Shown here one piece after another: positions 31,172-32,000 of a stretch of 32,000 bases of DNA. Position numbers and translations under genes: made by a program. Within the stretch, counting starts at the first letter, position 1. Each line of letters opens with the position of its first letter. The notes under the pieces were generated by a model. The model ran no database searches. It saw only the letters and a list, made by a program, of their open reading frames with translations, and was not told the origin of the DNA. Source of the stretch: Xylella taiwanensis (GTDB taxonomy: Bacteria > Pseudomonadota > Gammaproteobacteria > Xanthomonadales > Xanthomonadaceae); assembly GCF_013177435.1 (NCBI RefSeq), contig NZ_CP053627.1, positions 2,792,878 through 2,824,877 of the forward strand, given 5' to 3'.

Positions 31172-31630
31172 TTATTTACGGGAACACTTACTCTGGAAAA
31201 GCGGTGGCATTGTGTTATCAATTGCGGTTAAAGGCAATGCTCCGATGCGCCGTAATAATGACAAGAAAGCTATACACAAGTCAGCATTACTGACATTTCG
31301 GGCAGTCTGACGAACAACCACCACATAGTCACCTGGCACTAAATTAGAAGCAATTTGGCGCATGGTCTCACGGAGGACACGCTTGACCCGATTACGATTA
31401 ACTGCGCGTATATCAACCTTCCGAGAAACTACTAGACCCAAGCGAACTGGTCCGGAAGTTGGTCGATGGTGCAACCTCAATAGCATGCTACCCTTATGAC
31501 AGCCTTGCTTAAAGATCACAGAATATTCTGAACGCAAACAAACCCTAGCGGAACGAGGAAACCGCTTACGTGAATTTAATGTACCCACATGACAGAGACA
31601 AAATTGACTTTTAGCTGCGTGTGGCAGCAT
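31172..31630 (-). CDS. rnpA: RNase P protein component
   Basis: [18 protein letters not shown]...[26 protein letters not shown] is the RNR motif. It lies immediately downstream of rpmH. The start is ambiguous: ATG 31630, or 31645, which would overlap the rpmH stop. Confidence 0.85.
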   Translation of the reverse strand: MLPHAAKSQFCLCHVGTLNSRKRFPRSARVCLRSEYSVIFKQGCHKGSMLLRLHHRPTSGPVRLGLVVSRKVDIRAVNRNRVKRVLRETMRQIASNLVPGDYVVVVRQTARNVSNADLCIAFLSLLRRIGALPLTAIDNTMPPLFQSKCSRK

Positions 31631-31637
31631 ATAGTAA

Positions 31638-31778
31638 TTAAGCACTCAAACGCTTGCGGCCCTTAGCGCGACGGCGAGCTAGAATTTTACGGCCATCGGC
31701 AGTTGCCATCCGTACCCGAAAGCCGTGATCACGTTTACGCTTGAGATTACTAGGTTGGTATGTACGCTTGGTGGCCAT
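31638..31778 (-). CDS. rpmH: 50S ribosomal protein L34
   Basis: Hand translation of the minus strand gives [46 protein letters not shown] (46 aa), with a GGAGG SD 5 nt upstream. It falls below the size cut-off of the ORF track. Confidence 0.95.
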   Translation of the reverse strand: MATKRTYQPSNLKRKRDHGFRVRMATADGRKILARRRAKGRKRLSA

Positions 31779-31824
31779 AGGCCCTCCATTTTACTCTATG
31801 ATCTGTGAAATTAAATCGGCTATC

Positions 31825-31855
31825 ATTGTACAAGAATTCATCAGATCCTTGTCAA
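31825..31855 (-). promoter_or_regulatory. Candidate sigma70 promoter of the rpmH operon
   Basis: On the minus strand, TTGACA (31850-31855) and TACAAT (31825-31830). The spacer is 19 nt, longer than optimal. It lies about 45 nt upstream of the rpmH ATG. Confidence 0.4.
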
Positions 31856-32000
31856 GGAGGCTTTTGTGAATGATCTCATGAATAAGTCTGGGAAAAATCC
31901 GCTTCCAATGATAGTCTGATATCCAATTTCATGATTCCCTGAGCTGCTTACACATCATCTTTGCTTAACGCTAAGCAGCCCATTACTGATGACAACATTG

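Noticed and set aside
31800-32000. Possible oriC features right of rpmH: three GATC sites within 76 nt (31800, 31844, 31872) and DnaA-box-like TGTGAATGA (31865-31873).
   Set aside because: The best box matches only 7 of 9 positions, there is no cluster of boxes or AT-rich unwinding element in view, and the window ends before any dnaA gene. Not enough sequence to call an origin.
1-32000. CRISPR arrays, rRNA, tRNA or tmRNA genes anywhere in the window.
   Set aside because: I found no regularly spaced direct repeats and no foldable tRNA or rRNA-like sequence when reading either strand.

Overview
The window looks like a Xanthomonadaceae (Xylella-like, about 50% GC) chromosomal segment next to the rpmH end of the origin-proximal gene cluster. 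The taxon is inferred from gene content and order, not searched.

Gene order, left to right:
- thrS (minus strand, cut by the window edge).
- A 3.7-kb gene-poor tract holding a dead IS5-family element.
- rimK, then the colR-colS two-component pair.
- The coaE-pilD-pilC operon (minus strand).
- An expanded type IVa pilin array on the plus strand: three intact pilA paralogs and two decayed ones.
- pilB, then pilR-pilS (minus strand), then sucC-sucD.
- The minus-strand cluster rpmH-rnpA-yidC-[904-aa gene]-mnmE.

By my own calls only about 22.4 of 32 kb (about 70%) is intact coding sequence. Much of the rest looks like decayed genes.

Two things deserve the most attention:
1. A 904-aa predicted lipoprotein sits between yidC and mnmE, and its stop overlaps the mnmE start (ATGA). 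It fuses a complete CE4/NodB polysaccharide deacetylase, a caspase-like His/Cys protease carrying a canonical EF-hand loop, and C-terminal TPR repeats. It also contains a G8 homopolymer.
2. The pilC-pilB interval is a birth-and-death array of five promoter-pilin-terminator modules. The modules share mosaic blocks of nucleotide identity. Sigma54 promoters are intact on two copies and mutated on two others.

All calls come from reading the sequence and the supplied ORF track. No database search was run.
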